Source: an uncultured Candidatus Rokubacteria bacterium
GTDB lineage: Bacteria; Methylomirabilota; Methylomirabilia; Rokubacteriales; CSP1-6
Direction of reading: 5' to 3'
DNA length: 64,000 bases
Assembly (NCBI GenBank): GCA_963762145.1
Contig: CAVXJS010000009.1
Coordinates: 1 to 64,000, forward strand
Positions 1-8,680 of this stretch are shown one piece after another. Made by a program: the position numbers and the translations under genes. The number at the start of each line of letters is the position of its first letter. Within the stretch, counting starts at the first letter, position 1. Under the pieces are notes generated by a model. It saw only the letters and a list, made by a program, of their open reading frames with translations, did no database searches and was not told the DNA's origin.

Positions 1-1
1 C

Positions 2-334
2 TACGTGCGCGGCCGTGCCGGGGTCTCCGCCGAGGAGCGCATCGCGCTCTTCAAGCTCGCGTGGGACGCGACCGGCGAAGCCTTCGCCCAGCGCATGGCC
101 CAGTACGTGCGCTTCTACTCCGGCGACCCGATCCGCCTCACCGCCGGCTTCTACACCCAGTACGAGAAGGGACCGCTCCTCGAGCTGGTCGAGCGCGCGC
201 TCGGCCAACGCGACGGCGTCCCGCTGCCGATCACGCCCGACGATCCCGGCGCGCCCATCCCCTACCAGCCGGGCACGCGCGGCATGGCCGGCACGTACGC
301 GGCGACGTCGCTCCCGAATCAGCCCTCGTCGTAG
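2..334 (+). CDS. 4-hydroxyphenylacetate 3-hydroxylase (HpaB) family, C-terminal part (truncated by window edge)
   Basis: ERIALFKLAWDATGEAFAQRMAQYVRFYSGDP matches the HpaB C-terminal R.kLFrLAWD...F..R...YerFY.GDP pattern. Confidence 0.8.
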   Translation, partial: YVRGRAGVSAEERIALFKLAWDATGEAFAQRMAQYVRFYSGDPIRLTAGFYTQYEKGPLLELVERALGQRDGVPLPITPDDPGAPIPYQPGTRGMAGTYAATSLPNQPSS

Positions 335-380
335 CCCGCTCGCGCGGCGGTTCGCCAGGCGCTGGCGGCCTTCTGAGCGG

Positions 381-1196
381 CTAGTCGGCGAACTGGGCCG
401 CGCGCCACTTGAGCGCCGCCCCCAGGCCCTCTTTCTCCCTGATCTCGTCGAACTTCATCCCGACCTCGGTCCGCGCCGCGTAGAGCGGAGCGAGCACGTC
501 GAGCCCGGCGAGGATCGCGTTGCGGAGGCCCGCCGCCTCGGCGCCGCGTCGGGTCGCGAGCTTGGTGGCCACGAGCGACTCCGGGGAGATCAGCGCCATC
601 CGCCGGGCGAACTAAAGCGTCGCGGCCTGGAGCTGGGCGCGGGGCACGACGCGGTTGACCATCCCGTACGCGAGCGCGGTCTGCGCATCGATGGGGTCGC
701 CGAGGTAGAGGAGCTCGCGCGCGCGCCGCAGGCCGATCACGAAGGGCATGATGAGACCCGGGCCGACGTTGGAGAAGCGGATCTCGGGCTCGCCAAAGAC
801 CGCGTCGTCGGAGGCGATGGCGAGATCGCACAGCATCATGAGCTCGCAGCCGCCGCCCAGGCAGTGGCCCTGGACCGACGCGATCACCGGCTTGTTCATG
901 TCCCACGGCGTCATCTCGAGCCGGATGTCGTCGGTGAGCGACTCGTGCCAGGCCAGCGCATTGCCCCGCCGCGCGGCGCGGGCCGGATTGGGAGAGATGT
1001 CGTAGCCCGCGCTGAAGCTCCGGCCCTCGGCGCGCAGCACCACCACGCTCGTGGCCGGGTCGGCGTCCGCCGCGCGGAGGCGATCCACCAGCGCGTGCTT
1101 GAGCTCGTGGCTGATCGCGTTGAGCTTGTCGGGACGGTTGATCGTCACGATGCCGATGCGGCCGTCGACGGCGTAGGTCACGATCTCCTCGGGCAT
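381..1196 (-). pseudogene. Enoyl-CoA hydratase/isomerase interrupted by an in-frame TAG at 612-614
   Basis: Crotonase motifs FSAGYDI, KPVIASVQGHCLGGGCELMMLCD, FGEPE. ORFs 612..1196 and 381..599 share a frame: ACG CTT TAG TTC GCC CGG CGG ATG. Confidence 0.85.
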
Positions 1197-1258
1197 GGGG
1201 GCTCCTCGGCGCGGGGCGCGGGGACGATGAGCGCGTCGACGACCGGCCGGCTACCGGG

Positions 1259-1996
1259 CTACAGGTAGCGCGTCGGCCAGTTGATGGTGCGCCACATGTG
1301 CGCCGACGGGCTCTGATCGAAGCCGAGCCCTTCTTTCGGCTGGCGGAAGTGACGCCCCACCACGTCGGTGAACTCTTCCAGCTGCACCTGCACCGTCGGA
1401 TCGAAGGCGTACAGATCGTTCACCGTGATGAGCCGCGAGGTCATGTACCACTTGTGGTTCCGCGCGATCCGGTAGGCTTCCTGGATGTGCGGCTCGGGTA
1501 CGTAGTCGTCGCCGAACAGTTTCCGGTAGAGCTCGGGGTACTTGTAGCCGACCGACTCGTCGGGGAAGAAGCGCAGGGCCTGGTGGTAGCGAATGCCCCA
1601 GGCCACCTCCTCGTCCACGTACGGCTCGAGGAGCTGGGCGCTCCAGTAGCCGTGGTCGCACCGGATGAAGCCGGCGATCGCGATGTCGTGCAGCAGACAG
1701 GCCAGTACGATCTTCTCGTTGACCCCATTCTTCATGGCCAGCCGCGCGCTCTGCAGGAGATGGGCGGAGGGCCCGAAGCGCAGCCGGAAGAAGTCGAACA
1801 GGGTCGGCTTGTCGGGCATCTTCGGGAGGCGGACGTCGTGCCCCATCATGTAGAGCCGGCCGTCGTCGGGCGGCCGCGACACCGGCTGGCGGGGATCCCG
1901 CTCGCCCGAGGTGTAGACTACCGACTTCACCACGACCCGGTCGAGCTCCTGGCTCAGCGCGTGCTCGGCCTCTTCGGCCCGCTGTAGCGTCGTCAT
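1259..1996 (-). CDS. HD-domain metal-dependent hydrolase/oxygenase-like protein
   Basis: H(LLQSA)...ACLLHDI...DHG...RYHQ...NDLYAFD metal-ligand pattern; ATG at 1996 follows a GGGAGG RBS. Confidence 0.7.
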   Translation of the reverse strand: MTTLQRAEEAEHALSQELDRVVVKSVVYTSGERDPRQPVSRPPDDGRLYMMGHDVRLPKMPDKPTLFDFFRLRFGPSAHLLQSARLAMKNGVNEKIVLACLLHDIAIAGFIRCDHGYWSAQLLEPYVDEEVAWGIRYHQALRFFPDESVGYKYPELYRKLFGDDYVPEPHIQEAYRIARNHKWYMTSRLITVNDLYAFDPTVQVQLEEFTDVVGRHFRQPKEGLGFDQSPSAHMWRTINWPTRYL

Positions 1997-2103
1997 CCTG
2001 GCGTCCCTCCCTGGGGGCAGACTTGTCATGATGATCGGTCCCGGCAGCACCTACTGTCAAGTTCGCCGCGAATATCCTAGACTCGGTCGCCAGGGAGACT
2101 GCC

Positions 2104-2436
2104 ATGCGCCCACGCTTCATTCCGGCGATCGCCGTGATCGGCATGATCGGTCTGCTCGCTGCCACCGCCCCTCTCGCGCGAGCGCAGACCACGTCCATCC
2201 GGGACTACACGGTGGAGAAGAAGGACGAGGCGGTGGCGTACGCCAAGAAGGCCACCGCCGACCTAGATGCCAAGATCAAGGACCTCAAGGCCAAGCGGGC
2301 GAAGGCCTCCGAGAAGGCCGCGGAGCTGAGCCGCGCCACGGCCGCGTCCTGGGACAAGGCCAAGGAGGGCTTCGCGAACGCCTACCGCGACCTGGCGGTG
2401 GCCTATGACAAGGCCGTGGCCGAGTTCAAGAAGTGA
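2104..2436 (+). CDS. Secreted Lys/Ala-rich coiled-coil hypothetical protein
   Basis: Signal peptide ending ARA-Q; GGGAGA RBS; amphipathic helices ending SWDKAKEGF...AYDKAVAEF. Confidence 0.7.
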   Translation: MRPRFIPAIAVIGMIGLLAATAPLARAQTTSIRDYTVEKKDEAVAYAKKATADLDAKIKDLKAKRAKASEKAAELSRATAASWDKAKEGFANAYRDLAVAYDKAVAEFKK

Positions 2437-2449
2437 AACCCGCCTCGTC

Positions 2450-3526
2450 ATGAAGCTCCGCGCCCTCCGCGCCCGCCCCGTGCTGCCGCCCTTCCGCCGT
2501 CCTCCGGTGAGCGCCAGCGGCGCGCTCCCGAAGGCGGCGCTGGTGCTCTTCGATCTCGAGACCGACGGCGGCGTCGTCGGGCGCTCCTACGTGTTCGCCT
2601 TCGCCCCGTGGACGATGCCCGCCATCGTCCAGTGCGCGCAGGGCCTCTTCGAGATGGTCAAGGGCGACGAGCTGGCCCCGCTCGATCTGGAGGCCAAGCT
2701 GCGGCGGCAGCTCACGCTGCTCGACCCGAACGGCCTGGTCGGCCTCGCCCTCGCCGGCCTCGACATGGCGGCCTGGGACGCGCTCGGCCAGGCGCGCGGG
2801 GTGCCGCTGGTCACGCTGCTGGGCGGGACCCCGCGGGCCATTCGCGCGTACAACAGCACCGGGCTCTGGATCCAGCCGGTGGAGACGCTCGCCGACGAGG
2901 CGGAGGCGCTCCTGGCCGAGGGCTTCAGCGCGATCAAGCTGCGGGTGGGCCGCGACGACTTCGCCCAGGACCTGGCCGCGGTGCGGGCGGTGAAGAAGCG
3001 GATCGGCGACGGGCCGACCCTGATGTGCGACTTCAACCAGCGCCTGACCGTGAACGAGGGCCTCCGGCGCGCCCGCGCGCTCGACGGCGAGGGTCTCTAC
3101 TGGATCGAGGAGCCGCTCCGCCACGACGACTACGAGGGCTACGCCCGCATCGCGGCGGAGGTGGCCACCCCGATCCAGACCGGGGAGAACCTGGTGGACA
3201 CCTTCGAGATGGCGCGCGCCATCGCGCTGCGCTCGCTCGACTTCGTGATGCCCGACGTGCAGCGCATCGGCGGGGTCAGCGGCTGGCTGCGCGCGGCCGC
3301 CCTCGCACACGCCCACGGCATCGACATGTCGAGCCACCTCTTCCCCGAGTTCAGCGTGCACCTGCTCGGGGTGACGCCCACCTGTCACTGGCTCGAGTAC
3401 ATGGACTGGGCCGCGCCCCTGCTGCAGGAGCCGCTTCGGGTGAAGAACGGGGTCGCCCAGATCCCGGACCGGCCCGGCGCCGGCATCGTCTGGGACGAGG
3501 ACGCGGTCAAGCGCTACGCGGTCTGA
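2450..3526 (+). CDS. Mandelate racemase/muconate lactonizing enzyme family (MdlA-like enolase superfamily)
   Basis: MCDFNQ, WIEEP, GENL, MPDVQRIGG, SSHLF, WLEYMDW motifs. Confidence 0.9.
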   Translation: MKLRALRARPVLPPFRRPPVSASGALPKAALVLFDLETDGGVVGRSYVFAFAPWTMPAIVQCAQGLFEMVKGDELAPLDLEAKLRRQLTLLDPNGLVGLALAGLDMAAWDALGQARGVPLVTLLGGTPRAIRAYNSTGLWIQPVETLADEAEALLAEGFSAIKLRVGRDDFAQDLAAVRAVKKRIGDGPTLMCDFNQRLTVNEGLRRARALDGEGLYWIEEPLRHDDYEGYARIAAEVATPIQTGENLVDTFEMARAIALRSLDFVMPDVQRIGGVSGWLRAAALAHAHGIDMSSHLFPEFSVHLLGVTPTCHWLEYMDWAAPLLQEPLRVKNGVAQIPDRPGAGIVWDEDAVKRYAV

Positions 3527-3532
3527 CGATCT

Positions 3533-3952
3533 TCAGTCGGCTCCCAGGACCAGCACGCGGGTCCGCCGCACGCTCAGGCCCTCGTCGGCGCCGCGCCCCG
3601 GCACCGCGACGGTCAGGCGCAGGCCGCGGCGGGCGGTGACGATCACCAGCTCGGGGCCGTCGGGCCGTACGTACCAGGCGCGGTCCCCGGGCACGAGCGC
3701 GCGGCTCACCCAGAGCCCGGCCAGCCCGCTGATGGGACGCCATCGAGCCCGGATCGGCGTGACCGCGCCCAGCAGGCCGACGACCACGGCCGCCGCGGCG
3801 ACCTGCATCCCCAGGCCGATGCCGGGCTGCGTCGCGGCCAGCAGTCCACAGACGAGACCTCCGGCAGCCAGCGCGTCGAGCCGGCGGAGCCAGCGCGCTC
3901 GCGCGCTCCACCGCGCGATGCCCTCGGGAAGCGGCCGGATCGGGGTCCCCAC
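3533..3952 (-). CDS. Hypothetical membrane protein
   Basis: GGAG RBS before GTG at 3952; two hydrophobic helices; fills the gap between neighbouring genes. Confidence 0.55.
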   Translation of the reverse strand: MGTPIRPLPEGIARWSARARWLRRLDALAAGGLVCGLLAATQPGIGLGMQVAAAAVVVGLLGAVTPIRARWRPISGLAGLWVSRALVPGDRAWYVRPDGPELVIVTARRGLRLTVAVPGRGADEGLSVRRTRVLVLGAD

Positions 3953-3986
3953 CGCTCCATTGTCCCTCTGAGGTATGCTGGGGGCC

Positions 3987-6059
3987 ATGGCCCAGACTCC
4001 GGTCGAGACCGTCCCCTCGGTGTGCCCCCACGACTGCACCAGCACCTGCGCGCTGGAGGTCGAGCGCCTCGATCTCCACACGATCGGGCGCGTGCGCGGC
4101 TCGCACCGCAACACCTACACGCGCGGTGTGATCTGCGAGAAGGTCGGCCGCTACGCCGAGCGCGTGCACCATCCGGACCGCCTGCGGCATCCGCTCCGAC
4201 GCGTGGGCCCGAAGGGCTCGGGCCGCTTCGAGCGCATCGGGTGGGAGGATGCGCTCGACCTTGTCGCGGAGAACTTCACGCGCCAGGCCGCGCGCCTCGG
4301 CCTCGAGACGGTGTGGCCGTACTACTACGCGGGCACGATGGGACTGGTGCAGCGCGACGGCATCAACCGCCTGACCCACACGATGGGCTACTCGCGCTAC
4401 TTCTCGACGATCTGCGTGACCCTCGCCGACACCGGCTGGTCCGCGGGCGTGGGAGCCAAGCGCGGGGTGGACCTGCGCGAGATCGGCGAGCACTCGGACC
4501 TGGTCGTCATCTGGGGCGGCAACCCGGTGAACACCCAGGTCAACGTGATGAACCACGCCATGCAGGCCAAGCGGCGCGGCGCGACGTTCGTGGTGGTGGA
4601 TCCCTACCGCACCGACACCGCGGCGAAGGCGGACCTGCACCTGGCCCCGCGGCCCGGGACCGACGGCGCGCTCGCGTGCGCGATCATGCACGTGCTCTTC
4701 GCCGAGGGCATGGCCGACTGGGACTACCTGCGCGCCTACACCGACTGCCCCGACGAGATGGCCGCCCACGTGGCCACGCGGACGCCCGAGTGGGCCGCGG
4801 CCATCACCGGCCTCCCGGTGGACCAGATCGTGGACTTCGCCCGCCTCTACGGGCGGACCCGGAGGAGCTTCATCCGCTGCCACCACGGCTTCAGCCGCTC
4901 CCGCAACGGCGCGGTCAACATGCACGCGGTGAGCTGCCTGCCCGCGATCACCGGGGCCTGGCGGCACAAGGGCGGCGGCGCGGTCTACGGCCAGACCGCG
5001 ATCTATCCCCTCGACCGCACCCTGATCGAGGGGCGCGACGTGGTGGACAAGTCGATCCGCGCCCTCGACCAGTCGCGCCTCGGCCAGATCCTCACCGGCG
5101 ACCGCGAGGCGCTCCTGGGCGGCCCGCCGGTCACCGCGATGCTCATGCAGAACACGAATCCCGCGATGGTGTGCCCGGAGCTCAACCTCGTGCACCAGGG
5201 CCTCGCCCGCGAGGACCTCTTCCTCTGCGTCCACGAGCAGTTCCTGACCGAGACCGCGGCCTTCGCGGACGTGGTCCTGCCCGCCACGATGTTCGTCGAG
5301 CACGACGACTTCTACACCGCGAGCGGACACACCTACTTCCAGGTCACGAAGAAGGTGATCGAGCAGCCGGGCGAGTGCCGCGAGAACCACTGGGTGATCT
5401 GCGAGCTGGCCAAGCGCCTCGGGGCGACGCACCGGGGGTTCCAGATGACGCCGTGGGAGATCATGGACGAGACCCTCCGGAAGTCCGGCATGTGGGACGC
5501 GGAGACCAACTGGCGGCAGGGCGGCCAGGACTTCGCCCCCCCTTTCGAGACCGCGCACTTCCTCGACGGGTTCCCGACCTCGGACCGGCGCTTCCACTTC
5601 AAGCCCGACTGGGCGCGCTTCGGCGGGCGCGGGGCCGAGATGCCCGCGCTGCCGGACCACTTCGCGGTGACCGACGAGGCCACCGCGGAGAAGCCCTTCC
5701 GGCTGGTGGCCGCGCCCGCGCGCACGTTCCTCAACTCCACGTTCACCGAGACGCCCTCGTCGCTGGCGCGTGAGAAGCGGCCGACCGCGCTGCTCCATCC
5801 CGACGACTGCGCCGCTCTGGGCGCGGAGGCGGGGACGCCGCTCCAGCTCGGCAACGAGCGCGGCCAGGTCATCGCCCACGCGGAGCCCCGCGACGGCCAG
5901 CCGCGCGGCGTGGTGATCGTCGAGGGGGTGTGGCCGAACAAGCACTTCGTCAACCGGCTCGGTATCAACGCCCTGACCAGCGCCGAGCCCGGCTACCCCA
6001 ACGGCGGTGCCGTCTTCCACGACACCGCGGTGTGGATCCGGCGCGCGCCGTCGGCTTAA
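3987..6059 (+). CDS. Molybdopterin-dependent oxidoreductase (DMSO reductase superfamily)
   Basis: N-terminal CPHDCTSTC...C Fe-S motif, HPDRLRHPLRR, PRPGTDGALA, ADVVLPAT, C-terminal molydop-binding domain. Confidence 0.92.
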   Translation: MAQTPVETVPSVCPHDCTSTCALEVERLDLHTIGRVRGSHRNTYTRGVICEKVGRYAERVHHPDRLRHPLRRVGPKGSGRFERIGWEDALDLVAENFTRQAARLGLETVWPYYYAGTMGLVQRDGINRLTHTMGYSRYFSTICVTLADTGWSAGVGAKRGVDLREIGEHSDLVVIWGGNPVNTQVNVMNHAMQAKRRGATFVVVDPYRTDTAAKADLHLAPRPGTDGALACAIMHVLFAEGMADWDYLRAYTDCPDEMAAHVATRTPEWAAAITGLPVDQIVDFARLYGRTRRSFIRCHHGFSRSRNGAVNMHAVSCLPAITGAWRHKGGGAVYGQTAIYPLDRTLIEGRDVVDKSIRALDQSRLGQILTGDREALLGGPPVTAMLMQNTNPAMVCPELNLVHQGLAREDLFLCVHEQFLTETAAFADVVLPATMFVEHDDFYTASGHTYFQVTKKVIEQPGECRENHWVICELAKRLGATHRGFQMTPWEIMDETLRKSGMWDAETNWRQGGQDFAPPFETAHFLDGFPTSDRRFHFKPDWARFGGRGAEMPALPDHFAVTDEATAEKPFRLVAAPARTFLNSTFTETPSSLAREKRPTALLHPDDCAALGAEAGTPLQLGNERGQVIAHAEPRDGQPRGVVIVEGVWPNKHFVNRLGINALTSAEPGYPNGGAVFHDTAVWIRRAPSA

Positions 6060-6072
6060 GAGCAGACCGCTA

Positions 6073-7470
6073 CTAGCCCAGTTCGTTCCGCGGCGGCGAT
6101 GAGCCGGTGTTCCCCCTCGCCCGCGGATGCAGCACGTCGATCGCCCAGCGCACGTCCAGGCGCTCCCCGGACCACTGCGAGAGACCCGTGCGCGCATGAA
6201 GCTCGAGCCCCTGCGCCGCGTTCTGCGCCCGGATCGCCCCGGCCGCATCGGTGGGCACCGCCGCCGGCGCCGGAACATCCGGCAACGGCCGGCCATCCGG
6301 CCGGCGGAACAGGAGTCTCCCCTCAGCTCCGTGGTCGACCCGATAGCCCTCTTCGTGCACCGCCCGGTGGTGCCGACGGCAGAGTAGCGTGAGGTTCGAC
6401 AGCTTGGTCGGGCCCCCGTGCGCCCAGTGGCGCACGTGATGCCCCTCCCCGATCCGGACATTGCAGCCCGGGAAGCGGCAGCTCTTGTCCCGGTGCTGTA
6501 GCGCCCGCCGGAGAGCCGGCGGAATCGTGCGCGTGCGCGCCCCCACCTCCACCACCCGCCCGTCCGCGTCGTGCCGCATCACCACCCGGCTCGCGTCGCA
6601 CGCCAAACGCTGGGACGTTCCCGCGGGAACGTGCGGGCCGTCCTCGAGCACCGACTGCCCGGGGTGTTCGGTCTCGGCCAGGACCGCCGCGTCCACGTGG
6701 AGCACCACCTGATAGCGCTCCCCTGGCTGGCCGGGATCGAGCTCCTGATGCAGCGCGGTCTCCGCCAGCAGCACCAATGCGTCGGCTTGCTGTTGCGGCC
6801 GGGTCGGGACCTCGGTGGCGGGGTCGCTGGCCGGCAGGGCGGCCTCGGCGGCGCGCCGCCGCTGGTACAGCGTCTCGCGGGCCGCGTCGAGAGCCCGGAG
6901 GAGTACCGCACCCGCCTCCGCGGTCAACCGCCCGCGCACCGTCACGGTGCCATCCTCGTCCTGGTAGACGTGAAGCGCCCGCGCCGCGTGCTGGCGGGCG
7001 GCCTGATGCGCGTCGGCCTGTCGGTCCAATCGCCGCCAGCCCCGGACAATGCTCTCGACATGGACGGCGGTGCCCGCGCGTCCCACCGCCAGCAGGCGGG
7101 CCTCGGTCTCCGGGGTGGCGATGCGGGTCAGAGCGCGGACCTTGGCGTAGGAGAGCTCGCCCCGCGCCAGGGCCTCGGCCAGGGCCGGCAGCGTGCCGAG
7201 GGCGCGGGCGACCCGAACATGTTCGCGGGCCGCGCCCGGGGCGAGTCCGACGCGCCAGGCGAGCCACTCCGCGCAGGAGCGGAAGCCGTTGTCCCAGCCC
7301 CCGCGCGCATCGAACTCCCGGATGAGCGCGAGGAGCCGGGCCGTCGCCGCCTCGAGGTGAGCGGAGAGCTCGGCGATCTGGTCGCCCAGGCGATCGAGCT
7401 CCGCGAGGTGCGGCGGGTTGGGCTGTGATGGTTGCAATGGGGCGGGACCATCCGGTGAGCGTGTGTCCAT
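6073..7470 (-). CDS. DUF222 domain + HNH endonuclease protein (Rv1128c/REP13E12-like)
   Basis: DUF222 N-terminus (LIREFDARGGW...WLAWR...AREHVRVARAL); RRALQHRDKSCRFPGC...HHVRHWAHGGPT...NLTLLCRRHHRAVHE HNH motif. Confidence 0.9.
   Translation of the reverse strand: MDTRSPDGPAPLQPSQPNPPHLAELDRLGDQIAELSAHLEAATARLLALIREFDARGGWDNGFRSCAEWLAWRVGLAPGAAREHVRVARALGTLPALAEALARGELSYAKVRALTRIATPETEARLLAVGRAGTAVHVESIVRGWRRLDRQADAHQAARQHAARALHVYQDEDGTVTVRGRLTAEAGAVLLRALDAARETLYQRRRAAEAALPASDPATEVPTRPQQQADALVLLAETALHQELDPGQPGERYQVVLHVDAAVLAETEHPGQSVLEDGPHVPAGTSQRLACDASRVVMRHDADGRVVEVGARTRTIPPALRRALQHRDKSCRFPGCNVRIGEGHHVRHWAHGGPTKLSNLTLLCRRHHRAVHEEGYRVDHGAEGRLLFRRPDGRPLPDVPAPAAVPTDAAGAIRAQNAAQGLELHARTGLSQWSGERLDVRWAIDVLHPRARGNTGSSPPRNELG
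6615..6632. repeat. Perfect 18-bp palindrome ACGTTCCCGCGGGAACGT (parS-like) inside the DUF222-HNH gene
   Basis: Sequence equals its own reverse complement; encodes (H)VPAGT(S). Confidence 0.85.
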
Positions 7471-7694
7471 GGCAGTCTCCCTTCCGCTGGGACGACTCTA
7501 ACCCCTGATTTCAAAGAGGCCGGAGGGCGCCCAGGTCGCGCGAACACGGGCCGAGCCACGATCGATCGCCCCCCGCGAGGCGATCTCGCGGCACCCCGCG
7601 GATGCGGCTCGCTGAGCGGGTATCGTGCCGGCGTCCCGCGCGCACGGCGCGGCCTTCCCGGAGGACCTGTCAAGCCGAAAGTGCAAAGGACATA

Positions 7695-7724
7695 TTGACT
7701 TGAGCCGCACCGCCCGGCTATAAC
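7695..7724 (+). promoter_or_regulatory. Sigma70-type promoter of the liv-type operon
   Basis: TTGACT-N18-TATAAC, ending 76 bp upstream of the livH start. Confidence 0.65.
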
Positions 7725-7800
7725 CGCCCCCACTACCATCACGCCGCAACAGGGTCGACGCGGCGGGCGGGGCTCCAGCAAGGGCGTCTGGGGGGTCAGG

Positions 7801-8673
7801 GTGGACACCATTCTGCAGCTGGCCCTGAACGGGCTGGCGGTGGGCTGTATCTACGGGCTGGTCGCGCTCGGCTTTGTCCTCATCTACAAGGCCACCGAGC
7901 TGGTCAACTTCGCCCAGGGCGATCTCCTCATGCTGGGCGCCTTCACCTGCTACATGCTGGTGGTCTGGTACGGGATGGCCTTCTGGCCCGCCTTCGTGCT
8001 GGCGGTGTTCGCGATCGCCCTCTTCGGCGCGGCCCTGGACGCCACGATTCTGCGGCGGGTCATCGGCCAGCCCCAGTTCGCGGTGGTCATGCTGACGATC
8101 GGGCTCGGCGCGATATTCCGGAGCTTCGCCTCGATCACCTGGGGCTCGGAGATCTACACGCTGCCGACGCCGTTCAGTGCCCAGACCTCGCGGGTGGGGG
8201 GCGTCACGGTGAGCCACGAGTACGTGGCGATCATCGTGGGCACGGTGGTGCTCTGCGCCGTGCTCTACGCCTTCTTCACCTACTCCCGCGTCGGGGTGGC
8301 CATGCAGGCCGCCTCCCAGAACCAGCTCGCCGCGTACTACATGGGCATCCCGGTGAAGCGGATGTTCTCGCTGATCTGGGCCATCTCGGCCGGGGTGGCC
8401 GCCATCGCCGGCGTGCTGCTGGCCCCGGTGTCGCTGATCGACATCAACCTGGGGTTCATCGGCCTCAAGGCCTTCGCGGCGGCGGTGCTGGGCGGCTTCG
8501 GCTCGATCCCGGGAGCCCTGGTGGGCGGCATCACGATCGGGCTCATCGAGCTGTTCTCCGGGGCCTACCTGCCGCTCGGGGTGAAGGACGTGGCCGCGTA
8601 CGTGGTGCTGCTGCTCGTGCTGGCCATCCGGCCCCAGGGCATGTTCGGCACCGTCGGGCGGAAGAAGGTCTAG
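7801..8673 (+). CDS. livH: Branched-chain amino acid-type ABC transporter permease
   Basis: NGLAVGCIYGLVALGFVLIYKATELVNFAQG; LKAFAAAVLGGFGSIPGA. Confidence 0.92.
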   Translation: MDTILQLALNGLAVGCIYGLVALGFVLIYKATELVNFAQGDLLMLGAFTCYMLVVWYGMAFWPAFVLAVFAIALFGAALDATILRRVIGQPQFAVVMLTIGLGAIFRSFASITWGSEIYTLPTPFSAQTSRVGGVTVSHEYVAIIVGTVVLCAVLYAFFTYSRVGVAMQAASQNQLAAYYMGIPVKRMFSLIWAISAGVAAIAGVLLAPVSLIDINLGFIGLKAFAAAVLGGFGSIPGALVGGITIGLIELFSGAYLPLGVKDVAAYVVLLLVLAIRPQGMFGTVGRKKV

Positions 8674-8680
8674 GCCGCGC

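Noticed and set aside
612-614. Genome-wide TAG recoding or pyrrolysine
   Set aside because: Many well-defined genes in the window terminate at TAG, and only one in-frame case was seen.
3507-6461. Long antisense or alternative-frame ORFs (also 13226..16324, the N-terminal parts of 21208..24012 and 34405..37401, and others)
   Set aside because: These are Arg/Gly/Ala-rich shadows of real genes, expected at high GC, with no motifs.
6073-7470. DUF222-HNH gene as a bounded IS element
   Set aside because: I could not identify terminal inverted repeats, a target duplication or transposase motifs.
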